From an uncultured Verrucomicrobiae bacterium (lineage in GTDB: Bacteria; Verrucomicrobiota; Verrucomicrobiia; Chthoniobacterales; UBA10450), in assembly GCA_963801815.1 (NCBI GenBank), contig CAWDGJ010000001.1, positions 160,001 to 224,000 on the forward strand: a stretch of 64,000 bases of DNA, given 5' to 3'. The position numbers and the translations under genes are program-made. Positions 20,773 to 30,071 of this stretch are shown here, in pieces; positions within the stretch are counted from its first letter, which is position 1; each line of letters begins with the position of its first letter. Under the pieces are notes generated by a model, which did not search any database, was not told where the DNA came from, and saw nothing but the letters and a program-made list of their open reading frames with translations.

Positions 20773-21432
20773 ATGTTGCGTTTTCAGCTCTTTTCACTCG
20801 TTGTCGCCATCTCGATATCGATTCTGCCGGCGTCGCGGGCAGCTACACCGGAGCTCGTGGATATTGCGACGGTCGATCCGACCATCGTCATTGATTTGCG
20901 ATACGCCACCGAGAAGAATGTGACCGGACACGCGTTGTATGCGCGCGGAACGAAGGCTTTGATTTTGCCAAGCGTGGCCCAGCAGCTAGCCGGTGCGCAA
21001 AAATATCTTCAACAATTTCGTTATCGATTGAAGATCTGGGACGCGTATCGGCCAAAGGCAGCGCAGGAGTTGCTTTGGAAATACGCGGCTAAGGACCAAT
21101 ACGTTGCGAATCCGGAGAAAGGCTTCGGTTCGATGCATTCTTACGGCGTCTCGGTCGATGCGACGTTGGTGGATGACTGGAGCCAGGACGCAACGATGCC
21201 GACCAGGTTCGATGAGTTCACGCCGCAAGCGATGATGGGTTACGTGGGCCGCGACCCGTCGGTAAAGCAGCACTTGACGTTGTTGCAGCTCGCAATGGCG
21301 CACAATAATTTCTACGGCCTGCGCGTTGAGTGGTGGCATTTCACTACCGCCGACTGGAAAAAATACGTGCCGTATTGGGAAGATCCACAAGTGTCGCAAG
21401 CGGAGAAAGCTGCCGCTGAGCCCAAAGGCTAA
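20773..21432 (+). CDS. M15D D-Ala-D-Ala dipeptidase (VanX/DdpX family) with signal peptide
   Basis: IDLRYAT..N, LKIWDAYRP, SMHSYGVSVD and EWWHF. Confidence 0.88.
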   Translation: MLRFQLFSLVVAISISILPASRAATPELVDIATVDPTIVIDLRYATEKNVTGHALYARGTKALILPSVAQQLAGAQKYLQQFRYRLKIWDAYRPKAAQELLWKYAAKDQYVANPEKGFGSMHSYGVSVDATLVDDWSQDATMPTRFDEFTPQAMMGYVGRDPSVKQHLTLLQLAMAHNNFYGLRVEWWHFTTADWKKYVPYWEDPQVSQAEKAAAEPKG

Positions 21433-21447
21433 TTGTTTGTCCCTTAG

Positions 21448-21954
21448 ATGATCGACGCCCTCTTGCGGGACCTTCGTCAGCCGGAATACATCCACGTTCT
21501 ACTCAATCCGTTGCCAGTCTATGGACTGGCGATGGGATTACTGGGACTGATCGTTGCGTTTTTTATGCGAAACCGGCCGGCGCAAATCGCGACGCTTATC
21601 ATCGTTTTGATCTGCGCGGCTTCAGCCTGGCCGGTTTATGAATTCGGCCAGCAAGCCAAGGACCGCGTGCTTTCGATGGAAAATGAAGTTGGCGACGCCT
21701 GGTTGGAAGAACACCAAGACCGCGCGGAGGATTTGATTTGGATGTTCTACGCGCTCGCAGTTCTAAGCGCGATCGCGCTCGTTGCTCCAAAAAAATGGCC
21801 GCGCTCCGCTATGCCACTGGTCGCGGTTGTCGTTTTCCTTGGCCTTGCCACTTTGGGCGCGGGCGGCTACATCGCTTATGCTGGCGGCAAAATTCGTCAT
21901 CGCGAATTTCGAAACGTTCCGCCGCCGCAGAAAAAGCCTGGGGAAGAGCACTAG
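21448..21954 (+). CDS. Hypothetical 4-TM membrane protein
   Basis: H.LLN.LP start, GGKIRHREF end and hydrophobic segments. Confidence 0.7.
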   Translation: MIDALLRDLRQPEYIHVLLNPLPVYGLAMGLLGLIVAFFMRNRPAQIATLIIVLICAASAWPVYEFGQQAKDRVLSMENEVGDAWLEEHQDRAEDLIWMFYALAVLSAIALVAPKKWPRSAMPLVAVVVFLGLATLGAGGYIAYAGGKIRHREFRNVPPPQKKPGEEH

Positions 21955-21987
21955 GATTAAAAGCGCTCCGCCTGGCATTTTGGTTTC

Positions 21988-22011
21988 GGCAAGCGACGCG
22001 CTTGCCCTACA
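21988..22011 (-). repeat. Single GTAG-type REP
   Basis: The minus strand reads TGTAGGGCAAGCGCGTCGCTTGCC (GTAG followed by a hairpin). Confidence 0.65.
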
Positions 22012-22020
22012 GTTTCTCTT

Positions 22021-23442
22021 GTGACCACTGATCTCGAGCGCGCCGAGGAGAACATCGAAACGCGCAGCGAATCGCTCAAGAAGCCGCTCGGCCTCTTCGA
22101 CCTCGTCCTTACCCAGGTTCTATTTGTAGTTGGCTCAAGCTGGGTTGGTGCCGCCGCAAAACTCGGACAAGCGCATCTTTTCTTTTGGTTGCTCGCCATT
22201 TTACTTTTCTATATTCCGCAGGCTGCGGTCGTCATCTACTTGAGCAACCGGATTCCGCTTGAAGGCGGCATTTATCAATGGGCCAAGCTCGCCTTTAACG
22301 AGTTCGCCGGATTCATAACCGCATGGAATTTGTGGCTGCTTTCCATCACGGTAATCGCGCTTGGTGGCATGTTCGTCACCACAAACGTTTCCTATGCTCT
22401 CGACGCAGCCTGGATGCCAAACAATAGATGGTGCGTTTCCCTAATCAGCTCTGCGCTGGTGGTTGGCCTGGGTTGGGCTTGCCTCCGCGGCCTTTCGTTA
22501 GGCAAATGGCTTCACAATATCGGCGCCTTCGCCATGTTTTTAGTTTATGGGGCGCTGATTTTCCTGCCGTTACTCGGTCTTGCGCGTGGCGAAATAAAAA
22601 ATTACCAGCCGTTCCCGCTCGCCTTGCCGACGATGTCGATTTTTTATTGTTTCAATATTTTTACAAAACTCGGCATTGGCGCGTTAAGCGGATTTGAATA
22701 CGTTGCCATTCTTGCCGGTGAAACGCGGTCGCCCGCGCGAGACATCGGACGCTCTGTTCTGATTGCGGCGCCCGTTATCGCGTTGATGTTTATTCTCGGC
22801 ACGAGTTCTGTGCTCGCTTTCGTCGGGACTAACCCGATCGATCTGATTGGCCCCGTCCCGCAAACCCTGCGGCTCGGACTGCACTCGTTCCCGATTGCCG
22901 GCGCGATTGCGTCGGCTGGCATTTTGTTAATGACCGTTCGGACGATTTCTTCGACGAGCGTTCACGTCACCGGCAGTTCGCGATTACCGATGGTCGCAGG
23001 CTGGGACCAATTGCTTCCCGCGTGGTTTTCTCGTTTGCATCCGCGTTACAAAACTCCGGTAAACTCGATCATCTTCGTCGGAACACTCACCCTCGTGATC
23101 GCAATAGCGAGCCAAGTCGGAACGGGCATTCAGGAAGCGTTTCAACTGGTTGATAACGCCGCTAATGTTTTCTACGGAATCGTATATTTCATGATGTTCG
23201 CAATTCCGCTTATCGGCGCGGTCGGAGTTCGCACCAATTCGATTTGGCTGCGCGTTGCTGCGATCTGCGGCGCCGTCGTTGCGCTCTCTGCGATTTTTTT
23301 CACCGTCTATCCGATCATCGACGTTCCAAGCCCGCTGATCTTTGGGGCAAAGATCGCCGCCGTGACGATCATCGCCAACGCGATCGGTGTCACGATCTAT
23401 CTGCTTGCCAACAGACGTCGAAGCGCGCCTTTTCAAAGTTGA
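22021..23442 (+). CDS. APC family amino acid permease
   Basis: About 12 TM segments, P.EGG.Y.W, GFE...LAGE and LP.WF.RLHPRYKTP. Confidence 0.88.
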   Translation: MTTDLERAEENIETRSESLKKPLGLFDLVLTQVLFVVGSSWVGAAAKLGQAHLFFWLLAILLFYIPQAAVVIYLSNRIPLEGGIYQWAKLAFNEFAGFITAWNLWLLSITVIALGGMFVTTNVSYALDAAWMPNNRWCVSLISSALVVGLGWACLRGLSLGKWLHNIGAFAMFLVYGALIFLPLLGLARGEIKNYQPFPLALPTMSIFYCFNIFTKLGIGALSGFEYVAILAGETRSPARDIGRSVLIAAPVIALMFILGTSSVLAFVGTNPIDLIGPVPQTLRLGLHSFPIAGAIASAGILLMTVRTISSTSVHVTGSSRLPMVAGWDQLLPAWFSRLHPRYKTPVNSIIFVGTLTLVIAIASQVGTGIQEAFQLVDNAANVFYGIVYFMMFAIPLIGAVGVRTNSIWLRVAAICGAVVALSAIFFTVYPIIDVPSPLIFGAKIAAVTIIANAIGVTIYLLANRRRSAPFQS

Positions 23443-23545
23443 ATGCTTATTGCATTCAACTTTCCGAGGGTAATCAACAACTTGAATGCTTTATGCATTC
23501 AAGTTGATTAGCGAGCTGGGAATCTTGAATGCATAAAGCATTCAA
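23439..23545. repeat. Three 21-bp palindromes TTGAATGC-N5-GCATTCAA at a 43-bp period
   Basis: Copies start at 23439, 23482 and 23525; copy 3 is the exact reverse complement of copy 2. Confidence 0.9.
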
Positions 23546-23871
23546 GATTCTGGAAGCCAGCTTTCGACAACCCAGCGCAAGTATGCGGGTAAACCGCTGG
23601 AGACCAGAACGAAAATTATTTCAGGCACTTCGTAAGGATGAAGCGAGCGGAGTTTTTCTTGGAACGCGGATCGTCGATCTTCACTTAGTTTGAACAGGAC
23701 CAGGGTTTCGATTCCGGTCTCAAGCTTTTCTTTCCAGCGATAGATCGATTCGATCGCCGGCAAAATATTTGCGCAGGCCGCGAATTTCTCTGTGACGAGC
23801 TGCGTTGAGATTCGTTGGGCGGTTTCCCGGTCTGGAAATGTACTGAGCGCCAGCAGAATTCTGTCCGCCAT
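23542..23871 (-). CDS. cutA: Divalent-cation tolerance protein CutA
   Basis: AACANI, SIYRW and LHPYEVPEI. Confidence 0.9.
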   Translation of the reverse strand: MADRILLALSTFPDRETAQRISTQLVTEKFAACANILPAIESIYRWKEKLETGIETLVLFKLSEDRRSAFQEKLRSLHPYEVPEIIFVLVSSGLPAYLRWVVESWLPES

Positions 23872-23874
23872 TCG

Positions 23875-24993
23875 TCAGGCTGGGACCAAAGCTTCAACCC
23901 GCCTAGCCGGCTCGGTGCGGCAAATCCAGCCGCCACCAATCACGACGTCGCCATCGTAAATTACTGCCGCCTGGCCAGGCGTGACCGCCCGCTGCGGTTC
24001 ATGTAAACGGATGTGCGCGCGATTGTTTGCCAATGGAGTGACTGTCGCGGGTGCTCCAGGATGACTGTAACGAATCTTGACCGTGATATCCGCATCTCCA
24101 GACGGCAAATCGCTTGCGATCCAGTTCACGCGATCGATTTCGAATTCGTCGCAAACCAAATCGTCCGCGTTGCCAACAATCACGCGATTCGTTTCCGGAT
24201 CGAGATCGACAACATAACGCGGCCGCGGCGATCCGCCCGGAAGCCCTTTGCGTTGACCGATGGTGAAAAGCTCGATCCCGTCGTGTTCGGCGATGAAGTT
24301 TCCGTCGACGTCGTAGATCTCGCCGCGATGAAATTCCTTTTCGCCAAGGTGCGAACGCAGGAACGCCTTGTAATCGTTGCCGGGTACGAAGCAGATTTCC
24401 TGACTGTCGACCTTGTCGGCGACTTTCAGGCCTAACGAATGCGCGATTTTCCGGATCTCCGGCTTTTGCATCGGCCCGAGCGGTGTCAGTGCGCGCTGCA
24501 ACTGCGGCTGTCGCAGGCTGAACAGAAAATATGATTGGTCTTTGCGCGGATCGATACCCTTGCGCAAAATGGCTCGGTCGCTCTCATGTTCGATAATCGC
24601 GTAATGGCCTGTGGCGATGTAATCGCAGCCGAGAGCTTCGGCTTTGCCCCACAAATTGCCGAACTTCAGCTTTTCATTGCAGATTACGCAAGGATTTGGC
24701 GTGCGACCAACCTGATATTCGCTCGTGAAATAATCGATCACCGTCCGCTCGAACAAGTCTGCCTCGTCGACCACGTAATGCGGAATGCCTAACGAATGCG
24801 CGACCGCGCGCGCGTCAGCCACAGCCTGCGGCCCGCAGCATTTATCTTCTGCGCGCGAAATGCAATCTTGGGGCCAGACTTTCATCGTTACACCGACGAC
24901 GTCGTAGCCTTGCTCGCGCAACAAATAGCCGGTGACGCTGGAGTCGACTCCACCGCTCATGCCCAGCAGGACGCGCTGCTTCTTTCCGTTCAT
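23875..24993 (-). CDS. mnmA: tRNA 2-thiouridine(34) synthase
   Basis: MSGGVDSS, TPNPCVICN, ATGHY, KDQSYFL, DSQEICF, TIGQRKG and AVTPGQ. Confidence 0.95.
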   Translation of the reverse strand: MNGKKQRVLLGMSGGVDSSVTGYLLREQGYDVVGVTMKVWPQDCISRAEDKCCGPQAVADARAVAHSLGIPHYVVDEADLFERTVIDYFTSEYQVGRTPNPCVICNEKLKFGNLWGKAEALGCDYIATGHYAIIEHESDRAILRKGIDPRKDQSYFLFSLRQPQLQRALTPLGPMQKPEIRKIAHSLGLKVADKVDSQEICFVPGNDYKAFLRSHLGEKEFHRGEIYDVDGNFIAEHDGIELFTIGQRKGLPGGSPRPRYVVDLDPETNRVIVGNADDLVCDEFEIDRVNWIASDLPSGDADITVKIRYSHPGAPATVTPLANNRAHIRLHEPQRAVTPGQAAVIYDGDVVIGGGWICRTEPARRVEALVPA

Positions 24994-25040
24994 CGGACGA
25001 AGAACTTCGTTTATTAAGAAGACGAGTCAACGGTAGCTAG

Positions 25041-25180
25041 AATCCAAAACTCCAAATCCCAAATCCCAGACAAAGTTGCAAATCCCGAAATTCGAAACAA
25101 CTGAAGCGCGTGATTATTGTTTGGGCATTGGAGTTTGGAATTTGCCTGATGTTTGGGGTTTGGAACCTGGAGTTTGGGTT
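25041..25180. repeat. Inverted heptamer-unit element (TCCAAAT/ATTTGGA-like) overlapping the glycosylase 3' end
   Basis: aatccaaaactccaaatcccaaatccc ... gtttggggtttggaacctggagtttggg. Confidence 0.7.
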
Positions 25181-25752
25181 TTTACCGCTCGGCTGACGAA
25201 TTTGCTGTCGCGCAAGGTAAACCGCCACGGATGATGGACCGAGCGCGTGATCCCGATTCGCGCATCCGCGACAACATCGACATGGTCATCTTCCCTGTCA
25301 GCGAAACAGCGATGAGGGTCGGAGCACAGATCCATTTCGTGATGTCGATCCGTGATGTCGAACGCCTGGGTGAGCTTTCCCGGGCCTGAGCAAAGGCGGC
25401 GTTCTTCGTCAATGCCGCGGCGTTTTCGCATCAGCGCGATGCCGCGCATTGGCTGTAGCGCGCGAAACAAGACAAACCCGTTCGTTTTGCCTTTCACGAG
25501 AACGTTCAGCATCCAATGCGCGCCGTAGCTAAAATAAATGTAGGCTGTGCCGGCTTTGTTCCGTTCCACAAACGCGCGCGCGGTGGGACGCGAGAAGGTG
25601 TGACAAGCCTCGTCGTCCTCCGCCAGATACGCTTCGGTTTCCACAACGATGCCGGCGCAGTGTCCCCAGATGAGTTCTGTTCCTACGAGCTCGCGGGCGC
25701 AGACGAGCGGATCGCGTTGAAAGAACGCTGACCGAATGATTCGGCGTTTCAC
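25114..25752 (-). CDS. DNA-3-methyladenine glycosylase (MPG/AAG family)
   Basis: IVETEAY, AYIYFSYG, SGPGKL and RIGI....PWRF; the C-terminal tail is repeat-derived. Confidence 0.9.
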   Translation of the reverse strand: MKRRIIRSAFFQRDPLVCARELVGTELIWGHCAGIVVETEAYLAEDDEACHTFSRPTARAFVERNKAGTAYIYFSYGAHWMLNVLVKGKTNGFVLFRALQPMRGIALMRKRRGIDEERRLCSGPGKLTQAFDITDRHHEMDLCSDPHRCFADREDDHVDVVADARIGITRSVHHPWRFTLRDSKFVSRAVKTQTPGSKPQTSGKFQTPMPKQ

Positions 25753-25780
25753 GGCGACACAGAGAAGTGAAAAGCCAGAC

Positions 25781-26554
25781 CTAGTCGCCTTTGAAAAAAA
25801 CCGGCAGCTTCACTTCGCAAGCAACCGGTTTGCCATTTCGAAACGCGGGAATGAACTTTGCCTTTGCCAAATCCGCGAACGCCGTATCTGCGAAACCGAG
25901 GAATGGAGGATCTTCGCTTTCTACCGTGAGGTCCTGCAAGTTTCCTTCGACATCCACCTTTAATGCCAGTTCGGCCGAACCATCGACCTTGACTGGCGCG
26001 TCCTCGCTGCTTGGATAGTGAAAGCCGTCAAACTTCGACTCTGCGCCCCAAAAGGGTTGCGGGCCGATGAAGTCGCTCTCCTTGGCAAGTTCGGAGCGTT
26101 CCTGGTTCGAAAAAATTCGCAGTCGCGGTTTGCCCTCCACGATCATGAAAGTGACGGTGCCGTAATAGACCGCGTCCACCGGCAGGTGATTATAAACAGC
26201 AGGAATGAATTTCGGGTTCGCCGCGGCCGACAATTTCTTGAGCACTTCTTGCTCGAGCGCTTTTGAATCAGCCGTCCCGCGATAGGTTTGGACCGAATAG
26301 ACCGAGCCATCCTTTTTGACCGTGCACGAAAACATGACCGCGGCGTCCTTTTGTCCTTTACGAACCAGGTCCGCGATATCGATCCGATTGACGAGAGAAT
26401 CAGCTCCTTTGCCGAGAAGGACTGGCCGCAGCTTGGGCAGGGCCGCAGTTTGCGATGAGGGAATCTCGACCTGCGACCAGGCAGGAGCGACAGCGACAAC
26501 CGCGAGTAAAACGAGCGTTGAAACGGCCTTGGCACACATGGGACTGATACGCAA
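25781..26554 (-). CDS. Secreted protein with TonB C-terminal-like domain(s)
   Basis: Signal peptide; KFIPA occurs twice, and the C-terminus reads KFIPAFRNGKPV. Confidence 0.65.
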   Translation of the reverse strand: MRISPMCAKAVSTLVLLAVVAVAPAWSQVEIPSSQTAALPKLRPVLLGKGADSLVNRIDIADLVRKGQKDAAVMFSCTVKKDGSVYSVQTYRGTADSKALEQEVLKKLSAAANPKFIPAVYNHLPVDAVYYGTVTFMIVEGKPRLRIFSNQERSELAKESDFIGPQPFWGAESKFDGFHYPSSEDAPVKVDGSAELALKVDVEGNLQDLTVESEDPPFLGFADTAFADLAKAKFIPAFRNGKPVACEVKLPVFFKGD

Positions 26555-26595
26555 TCGAAACAGAGGAAGTTTTCAACCGCAAATTGTGGGAGAAA

Positions 26596-28233
26596 TCACG
26601 CGGCCGAGGATTGCACCTGGCGTCCGATTTTATGGACGACCCCGTGTCGCCGGAAGTAATCGATGACCGCGTCCCGGGTCAGGACTGGATGAAACGTGCA
26701 ATTCGTCGCCGGAGTATCGAGGAGGGCTCGCAATTTCATGAACCGATGGCCGGCGCTGCGAGAATCGAAACTGTTAAAGGCGATCCTGTAACGCTTGTCC
26801 CGCTCTAGTAATCGCCTGTCGACCAGCCGCATCGTAGTGATTCGTCGATCAAAACCGGTGCCTTCGGTTCTAATTTCGAAACCGATCAAATTTCGCGGTT
26901 CGCGGCTGGCATAGATCTCCTCCATCAGGACTTTAATCTCTTCAGCGGTCAGCTGGGCTGTAACGACGTAATTTTCGAACGGGATTAGTTTCCAGGCGTC
27001 ATCCACCGTTTTGGGGCCCGCCACGAAATTATTGTGCTCTTCGAAAATGCCATGCATCGCTCCATCTGCGGCTACATCGCGCTTTCGCAATTCCTCCATG
27101 ATCGCCGCGCCGATCAACTGTTCGACTTCGCTTGGTTCGCCGGGACGGCTTCTTACTCGCAGCGTTTCGGCCAACGTCCCGATCGGTTGGGCCAGTGCTA
27201 TCGTAGATTCAGCTAACACGCTTTTTGTTCGCGAAAGAATCGTGGGATCGAGGGGAACGCAATTGTTCATGAGCTCGCAAGTCGCTTCCCGCCGCAACAG
27301 TCTCTTCGAGGTGCGGTCGAAGGTGAGGTCGATCCGGCCGGCATGGATCCCAAAATGATCGGCCTGGGTCAACAGCACACTGTTCGTGAAACAACTCGCA
27401 ATTGCTTGATGCGTATGCCCGGCGATGAACGCAACCGTTTCGGGAAACTCGGATGTTAGCGCCATGATGTTGTTTGCGAAATCATCTCCGCCGCTGCGCG
27501 CTCTCAACCCCATGTGACCGGCCAGCAGGATTGCGTCCGCACCTTCGTCTTTCGCGCTCGCGATCGCCCGCCTGACTGGCTCGACGGAATGTTCAAATCC
27601 GAAACCGCGAATGAACTCGGGCCGAAACCAGTACGTCATGCCCGGCGTAGTCACTCCGATGATCGCGATTTTGATTCCGCCGAATTCTTTTAGAATGTAG
27701 GGTCGCAGCTTCGCAAACGGGTTCGTGGAAAGAACGTCGACCGCATTTCCTTCGATCGACATGTTCGCCGCGAGCACCGGCATGTCGGATTTCGCGATCG
27801 CGTTCGCAAATGTCTCGACGCCCCAGTCGAATTCGTGATTGCCGATGATCCACGCGTCATATTCCAGATAGTTGAAGAGATCGATCATCATCGCACCATT
27901 TGTGCGCAAACTGACGTCGGTTCCCTGATATACATCGCCGGCGTCAATCAGGATTGAGTTCCGATTTTGCCGGCGCCAGCGCCGGATTTGGGTCACACAA
28001 CGAGCGAAGCCGCCGAGGTCCACGTTTCCGGCGTAGTCGCTGGTAGGCAGAATGTGTCCGTGCAAATCGGTCGTATGCAGGATCGAGATTCGAACCGTTT
28101 CGCTTGCCGCGCCGAAGCCACGCGAAGGCGGGTCGCTTGGCGCGGCTGCCGCGCGTGTGATCGACGGCGCGGCGCAAAACAAACCGGCTTGCCCAATGGT
28201 CTTAAGGAACGCGCGGCGAGTGGGGGAACTCAC
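26596..28233 (-). CDS. Tat-exported bifunctional metallophosphatase / 5'-nucleotidase
   Basis: TRRAFLK Tat motif, HTTDLHG, DAGD, GNHEFD, GHTH and PFEN. Confidence 0.9.
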   Translation of the reverse strand: MSSPTRRAFLKTIGQAGLFCAAPSITRAAAAPSDPPSRGFGAASETVRISILHTTDLHGHILPTSDYAGNVDLGGFARCVTQIRRWRRQNRNSILIDAGDVYQGTDVSLRTNGAMMIDLFNYLEYDAWIIGNHEFDWGVETFANAIAKSDMPVLAANMSIEGNAVDVLSTNPFAKLRPYILKEFGGIKIAIIGVTTPGMTYWFRPEFIRGFGFEHSVEPVRRAIASAKDEGADAILLAGHMGLRARSGGDDFANNIMALTSEFPETVAFIAGHTHQAIASCFTNSVLLTQADHFGIHAGRIDLTFDRTSKRLLRREATCELMNNCVPLDPTILSRTKSVLAESTIALAQPIGTLAETLRVRSRPGEPSEVEQLIGAAIMEELRKRDVAADGAMHGIFEEHNNFVAGPKTVDDAWKLIPFENYVVTAQLTAEEIKVLMEEIYASREPRNLIGFEIRTEGTGFDRRITTMRLVDRRLLERDKRYRIAFNSFDSRSAGHRFMKLRALLDTPATNCTFHPVLTRDAVIDYFRRHGVVHKIGRQVQSSAA

Positions 28234-28268
28234 TGGCTTTCGGATATCAGGGTCTGATATCCAAAGAC

Positions 28269-28347
28269 AGACAAAATTAGCAGAATCCCGGAGCCGTTTG
28301 TCTTTCTTTAATCCGTTTCAATTCTGTTTATTCTGTACATTCTGTCT
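28269..28347. repeat. Inverted 9-mer-unit element (CAGAAT/ATTCTG)
   Basis: agacaaaattagcagaat ... attctgtttattctgtacattctgtct. Confidence 0.5.
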
Positions 28348-28354
28348 AACTCTG

Positions 28355-28736
28355 ATGGAACTCGAAGGTATTGACCACGTCGCGATGTCGGTTCGCGATG
28401 TTGAGCGCAGTCCGCGCAATGGTACATCGACGTGCTCGGGTTCGAGCGTCAGTTCGACGGAATGTGGGACGGTGTTCCGGTTTTCATCGGCAAAGGCACG
28501 ACCGCGCTCGCGTTGTTTCCGGTTCGACCAGGATCAGCATTCGAGCGCGCCCGCGGACATTCGACTGCTCCATCTCGCCGTTCCGCGCCAATCGGAAAAA
28601 TTTTCTCAACGCCCATGAAGAATTGAAGCGTCGCGGCATCAAATTCGAATTCCAGGACCACGAAATCTCGCACTCGATTTATTTCAGTGATCCCGACGGC
28701 CACCATCTCGAGATCACCACTTACGAACTGAAATGA
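28355..28736 (+). CDS. VOC/glyoxalase family protein (several apparent frameshifts)
   Basis: MELEGIDHVAMSVRDVERS, WYIDVLG and SIYFSDPDGHHLEIT are distributed over three frames. Confidence 0.8.
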
Positions 28737-28806
28737 TCGTTATGCTCAAACCGCTAAACTGCCGAATTAGGTCCAAAAATTACGCCTTTAAAGACGCAAT
28801 TATTGG

Positions 28807-28827
28807 GCATAATTCTCGTTAGGTGAT
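28807..28827 (+). mobile_element. Putative attI-like / first cassette core site (GTTAGGT at 28818)
   Basis: GCATAAT-TCTC-GTTAGGTGAT in an AT-rich stretch; GTTAGGTGAT is the exact reverse complement of ATCACCTAAC at the next attC. Confidence 0.55.
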
Positions 28828-28835
28828 TAGTGCGC

Positions 28836-29208
28836 ATGCGTGGCGTTCCAGCAGACCTTCCTCTCGAGCCGTTCGTCGGCGACGAGTGCTGTCAGATCGG
28901 CGTCGGACGCTACCAGTTGCAGTTCCGTTTCGGCCGCGCTGGCCGTATCTCGGTCGAAGGCAAATGGGAGCTGCGCGATCCCTCAGGAGCGGTCATCGAT
29001 CAAGGTCCGCGCGTCGGTCTGGGGAAGCAGAGCCGCGTTCCGGAACAGTACCGTATCCATTACGTTCTCGATGTACCGGTCACACGCTACGCCATTGATG
29101 CGCCTAGGTCTTTCACGCTATTCTTCCAGATTAATTTTGATCGCGCTCACCATTTACGATGATTCCGAGCCTTATGAGTCATTCGATATAAATGGCATTA
29201 TCGTCTGA
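28836..29208 (+). CDS. Gene-cassette hypothetical protein (frameshift near 29130)
   Basis: MRGVPADLPLEPFVGDECCQIGVGRYQLQFRF..., with the C-terminal ALTIYDDSEPYESFDINGIIV in another frame; lies between the core site and an attC. Confidence 0.65.
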
Positions 29209-29227
29209 GCATGCTTTCACCCGTATC

Positions 29228-29346
29228 ACCTAACCAGGCGCTGCAGCTAACGGCCACCCGTACCGCGTTTACCTTCTTCATGACTAGATTATCTTGGTTT
29301 CAGTTCCTGGCGCCGGTGGCCGTAGCTGATCTTGTTCTCGTTAGAT
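29228..29346 (+). mobile_element. Integron attC site 1
   Basis: R'' ACCTAAC (29228), GCAGCTAACGGCCACC pairing with GGTGGCCGTAGCTG with an extrahelical base, and R' GTTAGAT (29340). Confidence 0.88.
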
Positions 29347-29358
29347 GATTTCGCGCTG

Positions 29359-29671
29359 ATGTGGACAGTGGATACTACGTGTGGTTGTTTTCGGCGTTCT
29401 AGTAAACATGCTCGCACTGGTGTTGCTTCCTTTCGCTCTCATCGCCGCCACGCCGTATATTGTGATTCGCGCGCTGGTTCTCGCTCGGCGCGGCGAGCAG
29501 TCACTCAAGATCGCTGCATTGGATAGCTACGGCTCGGTTTGGGATTCCTTCGTTGGTGCGTTTGCATGGCCGTTTGTCAGCGACCTCGATAGACTCCAGA
29601 AGATTCACCGCCAATCATCTAACCAATCGCTGCAGTCAACCGCTGGCCGGCGAGAAAGTAGTAAGAAATGA
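29359..29671 (+). CDS. Gene-cassette small membrane protein (possible frameshift near 29371)
   Basis: Hydrophobic VVVFGVLVNMLALVLLPFALIAATPYIVIRAL; reads through the truncated attC (SNQSLQST). Confidence 0.55.
29617..29653 (+). mobile_element. Truncated attC site 2 (left half only)
   Basis: ATCTAAC-CAATCGCTGCAGTCAACCGCTGGCCG. AATCATCTAAC is the exact reverse complement of GTTAGATGATT at 29340; no right arm was found. Confidence 0.75.
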
Positions 29672-29874
29672 GTAATCACAATCACGGACCAGATCTCAAC
29701 CAGGTTCATCACCACCATGTTCCCTACTGGAAACGTGCGCATACGGATTGGCGATTCTGGATCGGCATCATCCTGATGCTTGGAGCGATGATCGTCTATG
29801 TGATGAGCCTTGACCTGAGGTGGCAACCTCGCAACCAGCCGCAGCCGGCGCCTTCCGCTGAAGCCGGAAAATAA
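29668..29874 (+). CDS. Small His-rich single-TM hypothetical protein
   Basis: MSNHNH...HHHHVPYWKRAHTDWRFW followed by a TM helix. Confidence 0.6.
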   Translation: MSNHNHGPDLNQVHHHHVPYWKRAHTDWRFWIGIILMLGAMIVYVMSLDLRWQPRNQPQPAPSAEAGK

Positions 29875-29970
29875 ATGCTTCGTCTTCCAACGGGCGAGAA
29901 TCATTTTGCGCGAGGAATCCGCATTTGCCAGCCATATCGCTATACGTCGGCGAGCAGGTTGCTTCCGCGC

Positions 29971-30068
29971 ATCTAACCGATCGATGAAGCCAACGGCCCC
30001 CATTGCGATGCAACATGAGTGATCTTGTCCACCGACCCCGCCCGTGGCTTGTCTCGTTCTCGTTAGGA
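29971..30068 (+). mobile_element. Integron attC site 3
   Basis: R'' ATCTAAC-CGATCGATGAAGCCAACGG ... CCGTGGCTTGTCTCGTTCTC-GTTAGGA R'. Confidence 0.82.
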
Positions 30069-30071
30069 TTA

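Noticed and set aside
20773..21432. Vancomycin resistance gene vanX
   Set aside because: No vanH, vanA, vanR or vanS is nearby, and a signal peptide is present; it looks like an ordinary M15D dipeptidase.
23439..23545. Mini CRISPR array
   Set aside because: There are only three 21-bp units, the third is inverted, the 22-bp spacers are partly complementary to each other, and there are no cas genes or leader.
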